A stretch of DNA of 64,000 bases from the human T2T-CHM13v2.0 reference genome, Homo sapiens. The translations under genes were made by a program, and so were the position numbers. Within the stretch, counting starts at the first letter, position 1; each line of letters opens with the position of its first letter. The stretch lies in NCBI RefSeq assembly GCF_009914755.1, contig NC_060934.1; one strand, given 5' to 3'. Shown here piece after piece: positions 1-12,000 of the stretch. The notes beneath the pieces were generated by a model. The model made no database searches and was not told the DNA's origin. It saw only the letters and a list, made by a program, of their open reading frames with translations.

Positions 1-19
1 TTTTGGACTTCATTGAGGC

Positions 20-36
20 CTTCGTTGGAAACGGGA
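20..36 (+). promoter_or_regulatory. CENP-B box CTTCGTTGGAAACGGGA (first of one box position per ~340 bp dimer across the window; many copies intact, some mutated)
   Basis: Exact match to the established 17 bp CENP-B box YTTCGTTGGAARCGGGA. It recurs in alternate monomers. Confidence 0.97.
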
Positions 37-865
37 TTTCTTCATATAATGCTAGACAGAAGAATTCTCAGTAAATCTTTGGGTTGTGTTTATTCAACTC
101 ACAGAGTGGAACCTTCCTTTATTCAGAGCAGTTTTGAAACACTCTTTTTGTGGAATTTGCAAGTGGAGATTTCAAGCGATTTGACTCCAATCTTAGACAT
201 GGAAATATCTTCATATTAAAAGTACACAGAGTCATTCGTAGAAACTAGATTGTGATGTGTGCCTTCAACTCACAGAGTTTAACCTTTCTTTTCATAGAGC
301 AGTTCGGAAACACTCTATTTGTAAAGTCTGCAAGTGGATATTTGGACCTCTTTGAGGCCTTCATTGGAAACGGGATTTCTTCATATAACGCTAGACAGAA
401 GAATTTTCAGTAACTTCTTTGTGTTGTGTATATTCAACTCACAGAGTTGAACCTTTCTTTAGAGAGAGCAGAGTTGAAACACTCTTTTTGTGGAATTTGC
501 TAGTGCAGATTTCAAACGCTTCGAAGACAGTGATAGCAAAGGATATATCTTCGTATTAAAACTTGACAAAATCATTCTCAGAAAACACTTTGTGATGTGT
601 GTGTTCAACTCACAGAGTTTAACCTTTCTTTAATCGAGCAGTTTGGAAATACACTCTTTGTAAGTCTGCAGGTGGATAATTGGCCCTCTTTGAGCCCTTC
701 GTTGGAAACGGGATTTCCTCATATAATGCTAGACAGAAGAATTCTCAGTAACTTCTTTGTGTTGTTTGTATTCAACTCACAGATTTGAACCTTCCTTTAG
801 AGAGGGCAGATTTGAAACACTCTGTTTTTGGAATTTGCAAGTGCAGATTTCAAGCGCTTCTAGGC

Positions 866-882
866 CTATGGCAGAAAAGGAA
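866..882 (+). promoter_or_regulatory. pJalpha-like site in the CENP-B-box-less monomer of dimer C
   Basis: CTATGGCAGAAAAGGAA resembles the reverse complement of the recalled pJalpha motif (CTAYGGTGRAAAAGGAA) and sits at the position homologous to the CENP-B box. The match is imperfect and there is no evidence of function. Confidence 0.45.
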
Positions 883-1376
883 ATATCTTCGTATAAAAAC
901 TACACAGAATCATTCTCAACAACTACTTTGTGATGTGTGCGTTCAACTCACAGAGTTTAACCTTTCTTTTCATAGAGCAGTTTGGAAACACTCTGTTTGT
1001 AAAGCCTGCAAGTGCTTTTTTGGACTTCATTGAGGCCTTCGTTGGAAACGGGATTTCTTCATATAATGCTAGACAGAAGAATTCTCAGTCACTTCTTTGT
1101 GTTGTGTGTATTCAAGTCACAGAGTTGAACCTTCCTTTAGACAGAGCAGTTTTGAAAAATTCTTTCTGTGGAGTTTGCAAGTGGAGATTTCAAGCGATTT
1201 GAGGCTAATCTTTGAAATGGAAATATCTTCGTGTAAAAACTACACAGAAGCATTCTCAGAAACTGCTTTGTCATCTGTGCGTTCAGTTCACAGAGTTTCA
1301 CCTTTCTCTTCATAGAGCAGTTTGGAAAGATTCTGTCTGTAAAGTCTGCAAGTGATTAGTTAGACCCCTTTGAGGC

Positions 1377-1393
1377 CTTCGTTGGAAGCGGGA
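1377..1393 (+). promoter_or_regulatory. CENP-B box, D-dimer allele CTTCGTTGGAAGCGGGA
   Basis: Matches the consensus with R=G. This allele is specific to dimer D throughout the window. Confidence 0.95.
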
Positions 1394-1417
1394 TTTCTCA
1401 TTTACTGCTAGACAGAA

Positions 1418-2774
1418 GAATTCTCAGTAAATCCTTTGTGTTGTGTGTATTCAACTCACAGAGTGGAACCTTCCTTTATTCAGAGCAGTTTTGAAAAACA
1501 CTTTTTGTGGAATTTGCAAGTGGAGATTTCAAGCGATTTGACGCCAATCTTAGACATGGAAATATCTTCATATTAAAAGTACACAGATTCATTCGTAGAA
1601 ACTAGTTTGTGATGTGTGCCTTCAACTCACAGAGTTTAACCTTTCTTTTCATAGAGCAGTTTGGAAACACTCTATTTGTAAAGTCTGCAAGTGGATATTT
1701 GGACCTCTTTGAGGCCTTCGTTGGAAACGGGATTTCTTCATATAACGCTAGACAGAAGAATTCTCAGTAACTTCTTTGTGTTGTGTGTATTCAACTCACC
1801 GAGTTGAACCTTTCTTTAGAGAGAGCAGAGTTGAAACACTCTTCTTGTGGAATTTGCTAGTGCAGATTTCCAACGCTTCGAAGACAGTGATAGAAAAGGA
1901 TATATCTTCGTATTAAAACTAGACAAAATCATTCTCAGAAAACACTTTGTGATGTGTGTGTTCAACTCACAGAGTTTAACCTTTCTTTAATCGAGCAGTT
2001 TGGAAATACACTCTTTGTAAGTCTGCAGGTGGATAATTGGCCCTCTTTGAGCCCTTCATTGGAAACGGGATTTCCTCATATAATGCTAGACAGAAGAATT
2101 CTCAGTAACTTCTTTGTGTTGTTTGTATTCAACTCACAGATTTGAACCTTCCTTTAGAGAGGGCAGATTTGAAACACTCTGTTTTTGGAATTTGCAAGTG
2201 CAGATTTCAAGCGCTTCTAGGCCTATGGCAGAAAAGGAAATATCTTCGTATAAAAACTACACAGAATCATTCTCAACAACTACTTTGTGATGTGTGCGTT
2301 CAACTCACAGAGTTTAACCTTTCTTTTCATAGAGCAGTTTGGAAACACTCTGTTTGTAAAGCCTGCAAGTGCTTTTTTGGACTTCATTGAGGCCTTCGTT
2401 GGAAACGGGATTTCTTCATATAATGCTAGACAGAAGAATTCTCAGTCACTTCTTTGTGTTGTGTGTATTCAAGTCACAGAGTTGAACCTTCCTTTAGACA
2501 GAGCAGTTTTGAAAAATTCTTTCTGTGGAGTTTGCAAGTGGAGATTTCAAGCGATTTGAGGCTAATCTTTGAAATGGAAATATCTTCGTGTAAAAACTAC
2601 ACAGAAGCATTCTCAGAAACTGCTTTGTCATCTGTGCGTTCAGTTCACAGAGTTTCACCTTTCTCTTCATAGAGCAGTTTGGAAAGATTCTGTCTGTAAA
2701 GTCTGCAAGTGATTAGTTAGACCCCTTTGAGGCCTTCGTTGGAAGCGGGATTTCTCATTTACTGCTAGACAGAA
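1418..2774 (+). repeat. Example canonical 8-mer HOR unit (1357 bp): dimers A 1418-1757, B 1758-2095, C 2096-2435, D 2436-2774
   Basis: EcoRI spacing is 340/338/340/339. Diagnostic motifs: A = GTAAATCC, GACGCCAATC, CATTCGTAG; B = TGCTAGTG, CGAAGACAGTG, TTAATCGAG, CTGCAG; C = CTTCTAGGCC, CTCAACAACT, GCCTGCAAGTGC; D = GTCACTTC, AAAAATTC, GATTAGTTAGACCCC. ORF-track duplicates recur at +1357 (597/1954/3311). Confidence 0.95.
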
Positions 2775-3059
2775 GAATTCTCAGTAAATCCTTTGTGTTG
2801 TGTGTATTCAACTCACAGAGTGGAACCTTCCTTTATTCAGAGCAGTTTTGAAAAACACTTTTTGTGGAATTTGCAAGTGGAGATTTCAAGCGATTTGACG
2901 CCAATCTTAGACATGGAAATATCTTCATATTAAAAGTACACAGATTCATTCGTAGAAACTAGTTTGTGATGTGTGCCTTCAACTCACAGAGTTTAACCTT
3001 TCTTTTCATAGAGCAGTTTGGAAACACTCTATTTGTAAAGTCTGCAAGTGGATATTTGG

Positions 3060-6000
3060 ACCTCTTTGAGGCCTTCGTTGGAAACGGGATTTCTTCATAT
3101 AACGCTAGACAGAAGAATTCTCAGTAACTTCTTTGTGTTGTGTGTATTCAACTCACCGAGTTGAACCTTTCTTTAGAGAGAGCAGAGTTGAAACACTCTT
3201 CTTGTGGAATTTGCTAGTGCAGATTTCCAACGCTTCGAAGACAGTGATAGAAAAGGATATATCTTCGTATTAAAACTAGACAAAATCATTCTCAGAAAAC
3301 ACTTTGTGATGTGTGTGTTCAACTCACAGAGTTTAACCTTTCTTTAATCGAGCAGTTTGGAAATACACTCTTTGTAAGTCTGCAGGTGGATAATTGGCCC
3401 TCTTTGAGCCCTTCATTGGAAACGGGATTTCCTCATATAATGCTAGACAGAAGAATTCTCAGTAACTTCTTTGTGTTGTTTGTATTCAACTCACAGATTT
3501 GAACCTTCCTTTAGAGAGAGCAGATTTGAAACACTCTGTTTTTGGAATTTGCAAGTGCAGATTTCAAGCGCTTCTAGGCCTATGGCAGAAAAGGAAATAT
3601 CTTTGTATAAAAACTACACAGAATCATTATCAACAACTACTTTGTGATGTGTGCTTTCAACTCACAGAGTTTAACCTTTCTTTTCTTAGAGCAGTTTGGA
3701 AACACTCTGTTTGTAAAGCCTGCAAGTGCTTTTTTGGACTTCATTGAGGCCTTCGTTGGAAACGGGATTTCTTCATATAATGCTAGCAGAAGAATTCTCA
3801 GTCAGTTCTTTGTGTTGTGTGTATTCAAGTCACAGAGTTGAACCTTCTTTTAGCAGAGCAGTTTTGAAAAATTCTTTCTGTGGAATTTGCAAATGGAGAT
3901 TTCAAGCGATTTGAGGCTAATCTTTGAAATGGAAATATCTTCGTGTAAAAACTACACAGAATCATTCTCAGAAACTGCTTTGTTATCTGTGCGTTCAGTT
4001 CACAGAGTTTCACCTTTCTCTTCATAGAGCAGTTTGGAAAGACTCTGTCTGTAAGTCTGCAAGTGATTAGTTAGACCCCTTTGAGGCCTTCGTTGGAAGC
4101 GGGATTTCTCATTTACTGCTAGACAGAAGAATTCTCAGTAAATCCTTTGTGTTGTGTGTATTCAACTCACAGAGTGGAACCTTCCTTTATTCAGAGCAGT
4201 TTTGAAAAACACTTTTTGTGGAATTTGCAAGTGGAGATTTCAAGCGATTTGACGCCAATCTTAGACATGGAAATATCTTCATATTAAAAGTACACAGAGT
4301 CATTCGTAGAAACTAGTTTGTGATGTGTGCCTTCAACTCACAGAGTTTAACCTTTCTTTTCATAGAGCAGTTTGGAAACACTCTGTTTGTAAAGTCTGCA
4401 AGTGGATATTTGGACCTCTTTGAGGCCTTCGTTGGAAACGGGATTTCTTCATACAACGCTAGACAGAAGAATTCTCAGTAACTTCTTTGTGTTGTGTGTA
4501 TTCAACTCACAGAGTTGAACCTTTCTTTAGAGAGAGCAGAGTTGAAACACTCTGTTTTTGGAATTTGCAAGTGCAGATTTCAAGCGATTCTAGGCCTATG
4601 GCAGAAAAGGAAATATCTTCGTATAAAAACTACACAGAATCATTCTCAACAACTACTCTGTGATGTGTGCGTTCAACTCACAAAGTTTAACCTTTCTTTT
4701 CATAGAGAAGTTTGGAAACACTCTGTTTGTAAAGCCTGCAAGTGCTTTTTTGGACTTCATTGAGGCCTTCGTTGGAAACGGGATTTCTTCATATAATGCT
4801 AGACAGAAGAATTCTCAGTAAATCTTTGGGTTGTGTTTATTCAACTCACAGAGTGGAACCTTCCTTTATTCAGAGCAGTTTTGAAACACTCTTTTTGTGG
4901 AATTTGCAAGTGGAGATTTCAAGCGATTTGACTCCAATCTTAGACATGGAAATATCTTCATATTAAAAGTACACAGAGTCATTCGTAGAAACTAGATTGT
5001 GATGTGTGCCTTCAACTCACAGAGTTTAACCTTTCTTTTCATAGAGCAGTTCGGAAACACTCTATTTGTAAAGTCTGCAAGTGGATATTTGGACCTCTTT
5101 GAGGCCTTCATTGGAAACGGGATTTCTTCATATAACGCTAGACAGAAGAATTTTCAGTAACTTCTTTGTGTTGTGTATATTCAACTCACAGAGTTGAACC
5201 TTTCTTTAGAGAGAGCAGAGTTGAAACACTCTTTTTGTGGAATTTGCTAGTGCAGATTTCAAACGCTTCGAAGACAGTGATAGCAAAGGATATATCTTCG
5301 TATTAAAACTAGACAAAATCATTCTCAGAAAACACTTTGTGATGTGTGTGTTCAACTCACAGAGTTTAACCTTTCTTTAATCGAGCAGTTTGGAAATACA
5401 CTCTTTGTAAGTCTGCAGGTGGATAATTGGCCCTCTTTGAGCCCTTCGTTGGAAACGGGATTTCCTCATATAATGCTAGACAGAAGAATTCTCAGTAACT
5501 TCTTTGTGTTGTTTGTATTCAACTCACAGATTTGAACCTTCCTTTAGAGAGGGCAGATTTGAAACACTCTGTTTTTGGAATTTGCAAGTGCAGATTTCAA
5601 GCGCTTCTAGGCCTATGGCAGAAAAGGAAATATCTTCGTATAAAAACTACACAGAATCATTCTCAACAACTACTTTGTGATGTGTGCGTTCAACTCACAG
5701 AGTTTAACCTTTCTTTTCATAGAGCAGTTTGGAAACACTCTGTTTGTAAAGCCTGCAAGTGCTTTTTTGGACTTCATTGAGGCCTTCGTTGGAAACGGGA
5801 TTTCTTCATATAATGCTAGACAGAAGAATTCTCAGTCACTTCTTTGTGTTGTGTGTATTCAAGTCACAGAGTTGAACCTTCCTTTAGACAGAGCAGTTTT
5901 GAAAAATTCTTTCTGTGGAGTTTGCAAGTGGAGATTTCAAGCGATTTGAGGCTAATCTTTGAAATGGAAATATCTTCGTGTAAAAACTACACAGAAGCAT

Positions 6001-9000
6001 TCTCAGAAACTGCTTTGTCATCTGTGCGTTCAGTTCACAGAGTTTCACCTTTCTCTTCATAGAGCAGTTTGGAAAGATTCTGTCTGTAAAGTCTGCAAGT
6101 GATTAGTTAGACCCCTTTTAGGCCTTCGTTGGAAGCGGGATTTCTCATTTACTGCTAGACAGAAGAATTCTCAGTAAATCCTTTGTGTTGTGTGTATTCA
6201 ACTCACAGAGTGGAACCTTCCTTTATTCAGAGCAGTTTTGAAAAACACTTTTTGTGGAATTTGCAAGTGGAGATTTCAAGCGATTTGACGCCAATCTTAG
6301 ACATGGAAATATCTTCATATTAAAAGTACACAGATTCATTCGTAGAAACTAGTTTGTGATGTGTGCCTTCAACTCACAGAGTTTAACCTTTCTTTTCATA
6401 GAGCAGTTTGGAAACACTCTATTTGTAAAGTCTGCAAGTGGATATTTGGACCTCTTTGAGGCCTTCGTTGGAAACGGGATTTCTTCATACAACGCTAGAC
6501 AGAAGAATTCTCAGTAACTTCTTTGTGTTGTGTGTATTCAACTCACAGAGTTGAACCTTTCTTTAGAGAGAGCAGAGTTGAAACACTCTGTTTTTGGAAT
6601 TTGCAAGTGTAGATTTCAAGCGATTCTAGGCCTATGGCAGAAAAGGAAATATCTTCGTATAAAGACTACACAGAATCATTCTCAACAACTACTTTGTGAT
6701 GTGTGCGTTCAACTCACAAAGTTTAACCTTTCTTTTCATAGAGAAGTTTGGAAACACTCTGTTTGTAAAGCCTGCAAGTGCTTTTTTGGACTTCATTGAG
6801 GCCTTCGTTGGAAACGGGATTTCTTCATATAATGCTAGACAGAAGAATTCTCAGTAAATCCTTTGTGTTGTGTTTATTCAACTCACAGAGTGGAACCTTC
6901 CTTTATTCAGAGCAGTTTTGAAACACTCTTTTTGTGGAATTTGCAAGTGGAGATTTCAAGCGATTTGACGCCAATCTTAGACATGGAAATATCTTCATAT
7001 TAAAAGTACACAGAATCATTCGTAGAAACTAGTTTGTGATGTGTGCCTTCACTTCACAGAGTTTAACCTTTCTTTTCATAGAGCAGTTCGGAAACACTCT
7101 ATTTGTAAAGTCTGCAAGTGGATATTTGGACCTCTTTGAGGCCTTCGTTGGAAAAGGGTTTTCTTCATATAACGCTAGACAGAAGAATTCTCAGTAACTT
7201 CTTTGTGTTGTGTGTATTCAACTCACAGAGTTGAACCTTTCTTTAGAGAGAGCAGAGTTGAAACACTCTTTTTGTGGAATTTGCTAATGCAGATTTCAAA
7301 CGCTTTGAAGACAGTGATAGCAAAGGATATATCTTCGTATTAAAACTAGACAAAATCATTCTCAGAAAACACTTTGTGATGTGTGTGTTCAACTCACAGA
7401 GTTTAACCTTTCTTTAATCGAGCAGTTTGGAAATACACTCTTTGTAAGTCTGCAGGTGGATAATTTTCCCTCTTTGAGCCCTTCGTTGGAAACGGGATTT
7501 CCTCATATAATGCTAGACAGATGAATTCTCAGTAACTTCTTTGTGTTGTTTGTATTGTATTCAACTCACAGATTCGAACCTTCCTTTAGAGAGAGCAGAT
7601 TTGAAACACTCTGTTTTTGGAATTTGCAAGTGCAGATTTCAAGCGCTTCTAGGCCTATGGCAGAAAAGGAAATATCTTCGTATAAAAACTGCACAGAATC
7701 ATTCTCAACAACTACTTTGTGATGTGTGCGTTCAACTCACAAAGTTTAACCTTTCTTTTCATAGAGCAGTTTGGAAACACTCTGTTTGTAAAGCCTGCAA
7801 TTGCTTTTTTGGACTTCATTGAGGCCTTCATTGGAAACGGGATTTCTTCATATAATGCTAGACAGAAGAATTCTCAGTCACTTCTTTCTGTTGTGTGTAT
7901 TCAAGTCACAGAGTTGAACCTTCCTTTAGACAGAGCAGTTTTGAAAAATTCTTTCTGTGGAGTTTGCAAGTGGAGATTTCAAGCGATTTGAGGCTAATCT
8001 TTGAAATGGAAATATCTTCGTGTAAAAACTACACAGAAGCATTCTCAGAAACTGCTTTGTCATCTGTGCGTTCAGTTCACAGAGTTTCACCTTTCTCTTC
8101 ATAGAGCAGTTTGGAAAGACTCTGTCTTTAAAGTCTGCAAGTGATTAGTTAGACCCCTTTGAGGCCTTCGTTGGAAGCGGGATTTCTCATTTACTGCTAG
8201 ACAGAAGAATTCTCAGTAAATCCTTTGTGTTGTGTGTATTCAACTCACAGAGTGGAACCTTCCTTTATTCAGAGCAGTTTTGAAAAACACTTTTTGTGGA
8301 ATTTGCAAGTGGAGATTTCAAGCGATTTGACGCCAATCTTAGACATGGAAATATCTTCATATCAAAAGTACACAGAGTCATTCGTAGAAACTAGTTTGTG
8401 ATGTGTGCCTTCAACTCACAGAGTTTAACCTTTCTTTTCATAGAGCAGTTTGGAAACACTCTATTTGTAAAGTCTGCAAGTGGATATTTGGACCTCTTTG
8501 AGGCCTTCGTTGGAAACGGGATTTCTTCATATAACGCTAGACAGAAGAATTCTCAGTAACTTCTTTGTGTTGTGTGTATTCAACTCACAGAGTTGAACCT
8601 TTCTTTAGAGAGAGCAGAGTTGAAACACTCTTTTTGTGGAATTTGCTAGTGCAGATTTCAAACGCTTCGAAGACAGTGATAGCAAAGGATATATCTTCGT
8701 ATTGAAACTAGACAAAATCATTCTCAGAAAACACTTTGTGATATGTGTGTTCAACTCACAGAGTTTAACCTTTCTTTAATCGAGCAGTTTGGAAATACAC
8801 TCTTTGTAAGTCTGCAGGTGGATAATTGGCCCTCTTTGAGCCCTTCAATGGAAACGGGATTTCCTCATATAATGCTAGACAGAAGAATTCTCAGTAACTT
8901 CTTTGTGTTGTTTGTATTCAACACACAGATTTGAACCTTCCTTTAGAGAGAGCAGATTTGAAACACTCTGTTTTTGGAATTTGCAAGTGCAGACTTCAAG

Positions 9001-12000
9001 CGCTTCTAGGCCTATGGCAGAAAAGGAAATATCTTCGTATAAAAAGTACACAGAATCATTCTCAACAACTACTTTGTGATGTGTGCGTTCAACTCACAGA
9101 GTTTAACCTTTCTTTTCATAGAGCAGTTTGGAAACACTCTGTTTGTAAAGCCTGCAAGTGCTTTTTTGGACTTCATTGAGGCCTTCGTTGGAAACGGGAT
9201 TTCTTCATATAATGCTGGACTGAAGGATTCTCAGTCACTTCTTTGTGTTGTGTGTATTCAAGTCACAGAGTTGAACCTTCTTTTAGACAGAGCAGTTTTG
9301 AAAAATTCTTTCTGTGGAATTTGCAATTGGAGATTTTAAGAGATTTGAGGCTAATCTTTGAAATGGAAATATCTTCGTGTAAAAACTACACAGAATCATT
9401 CTCAGAAACTGCTTTGTTATCTGTGCGTTCAGTTCACAGAGTTTCACCTTTCTCTTCATAGAGCAGTTTGGAAAGACTCTGTCTGTAAAGTCTGCAAGTG
9501 ATTAGTTAGACCCCTTTGAGGCCTTCGTTGGAAGCGGGATTTCTCATTTACTGCTAGACAGAAGAATTCTCAGTAAATCCTTTGTGTTGTGTGTATTCAA
9601 CTCACAGAGTGGAACCTTCCTTTATTCAGAGCAGTTTTGAAAAACACTTTTTGTGGAATTTGCAAGTGGAGATTTCAAGCGATTTGACGCCAATCTTAGA
9701 CATGGAAATATCTTCATATTAAAAGTACACAGAGTCATTCGTAGAAACTAGTTTGTGATGTGTGCCTTCAACTCACAGAGTTTAACCTTTCTTTTCATAG
9801 AGCAGTTTGGAAACACTGTATTTGTAAAGTCTGCAAGTGGATATTTGGACCTCTTTGAGGCCTTCGTTGGAAATGGGATTTCTTCATACAACACTAGACA
9901 GAAGAATTCTCAGTAACTTCTTTGTGTTGTGTGTATTCAACTCACAGAGTTGAACCTTTCTTTAGAGAGAGCAGAGTTGAAACACTCTGTTTTTGGAATT
10001 TGCAAGTGCAGATTTCAAGCGAATCTAGGCCTATGGCAGGAAAGGAAATATCTTCGTATAAAAACTACACAGAATCATTCTCAACAACTACTTTGTGATG
10101 TGTGCGTTCAACTCACAAAGTTTAACCTTTCTTTTCATAGAGCAGTTTGGAAACACGCTGTTTGTAAAGCCTGCAAGTGCTTTTTTGGACTTCATTGAGG
10201 CCTTCGTTGGAAACGGGATTTCTTCATATAATGCTAGACAGAAGAATTCTCAGTAAATCATTTGTGTTGCGTTTATTCAACTCACAGAGTGGAACCTTCC
10301 TTTATTCAGAGCAGTTTTGAAACACTCTTTTTGTGGAATTTGCAAGTGGAGATTTCAAGCGATTTGACGCCAATCTTAGACATGGAAATATCTTCATATT
10401 AAAAGTACACAGAATCATTCGTAGAAACTAGTTTGTGATGTGTGCCTTCAACTCACAGAGTTTAACCTTTCTTTTCATAGAGCAGTTCAGAAACACTCTA
10501 TTTGTAAAGTCTGCAAGTGGATATTTGGACCTCTTTGAGGCCATCGTTGGAAAAGGGATTTCTTCATATAACGCTAGACAGAAGAATTTTCAGTAACTTC
10601 TTTGTGTTGTGTGTATTCAACTCACAGAGTTCAACTTTTCTTTAGAGAGAGCAGAGTTGAAACACTCTTTTTGTGGAATTTTCTAGTGCAGATTTCAAAC
10701 GCTTCGAAGACAGTGATAGCAAAGGATATATCTTCGTATTAAAACTAGACAAAATCATTCTCAGAAAACACTTTGTGATGTGTGTGTTCAACTCACAGAG
10801 TTTAACCTTTCTTTAATCGAGCAGTTTGGAAATACACTCTTTGTAAGTCTGCAGGTGGATAATTGGCCCTCTTTGAGCCCTTCGTTGGAAACGGGATTTC
10901 CTCATATAATGCTAGACAGAAGAATTCTCAGTAACTTCTTTGTGTTGTTTGTATTCAACTCACAGATTTGAACCTTCCTTTAGAGAGAGCAGATTTGAAA
11001 CACTCTGTTTTTGGAATTTGCAAGTGCAGATTTCAAGCGCTTCTAGGCCTATGGCAGAAAAGGAAATATCTTCGTATAAAAACTACACAGAATCATTCTC
11101 AACAACTACTTTGTGATGTGTGCGTTCAACTCACAGAGTTTCACCTTTCTTTTCATAGAGCAGTTTGGAAACACTCTGTTTGTAAAGCCTGCAAGTGCTT
11201 TTTTGGACTTCATTGAGGCCTTCGTTGGAAACGGGATTTCTTCATATAATGCTAGACAGAAGAATTCTCAGTCACTTCTTTGTGTTGTGTGTATTCAAGT
11301 CACAGAGTTGAACCTTCTTTTAGACAGAGCAGTTTTGAAAAATTCTTTCTGTGGAATTTGCAATTGGAGATTTTAAGCGATTTGAGGCTAATCTTTGAAA
11401 TGGAAATATCTTCGTGTAAAAACTACACAGAATCATTCTCAGAAACTGCTTTGTCATCTGTGCGTTCAGTTCACAGAGTTTCACCTTTCTCTTCATAGAG
11501 CAGTTTGGAAAGACTCTGTCTGTAATGTCTGCAAGTGATTAGTTAGACCCCTTTGAGGCCTTCGTTGGAAGCGGGATTTCTCATTTACTGCTAGACAGAA
11601 GAATTCTCAGTAAATCCTTTGTGTTGTGTGTATTCAACTCACAGAGTGGAACCTTCCTTTATTCAGAGCAGTTTTGAAAAACACTTTTTGTGGAATTTGC
11701 AAGTGGAGATTTCAAGCGATTTGACGCCAATCTTAGACATGGAAAAATCTTCATATTAAAAGTACACAGAATCATTCGTAGAAACTAGTTTGTGATGTGT
11801 GCCTTCAACTCACAGAGTTTAACCTTTCTTTTCATAGAGCTGTTCGGAAACATTCTATTTGTAAAGTCTGCAAGTGGATATTTGGACCTCTTTGAGGCCT
11901 TCGTTGGAAACGGGATTTCTTCATATAACGCTAGACAGAAGAATTCTCAGTAACTTCTTTGTGTTGTGTGTATTCAACTCACCGAGTTGAACCTTTCTTT

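Larger units (their letters stand above)
702..3515 (+). repeat. Recent tandem duplication of one 8-mer (C-D-A-B x2, period 1357 bp)
   Basis: Rare variants are shared at +1357: GAGGGCAG, AAGATTCTG, CAGATTCATT, CACCGAG, CTTCTTGTGG, TTTCCAACG, CTTCATTGG. Confidence 0.85.
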
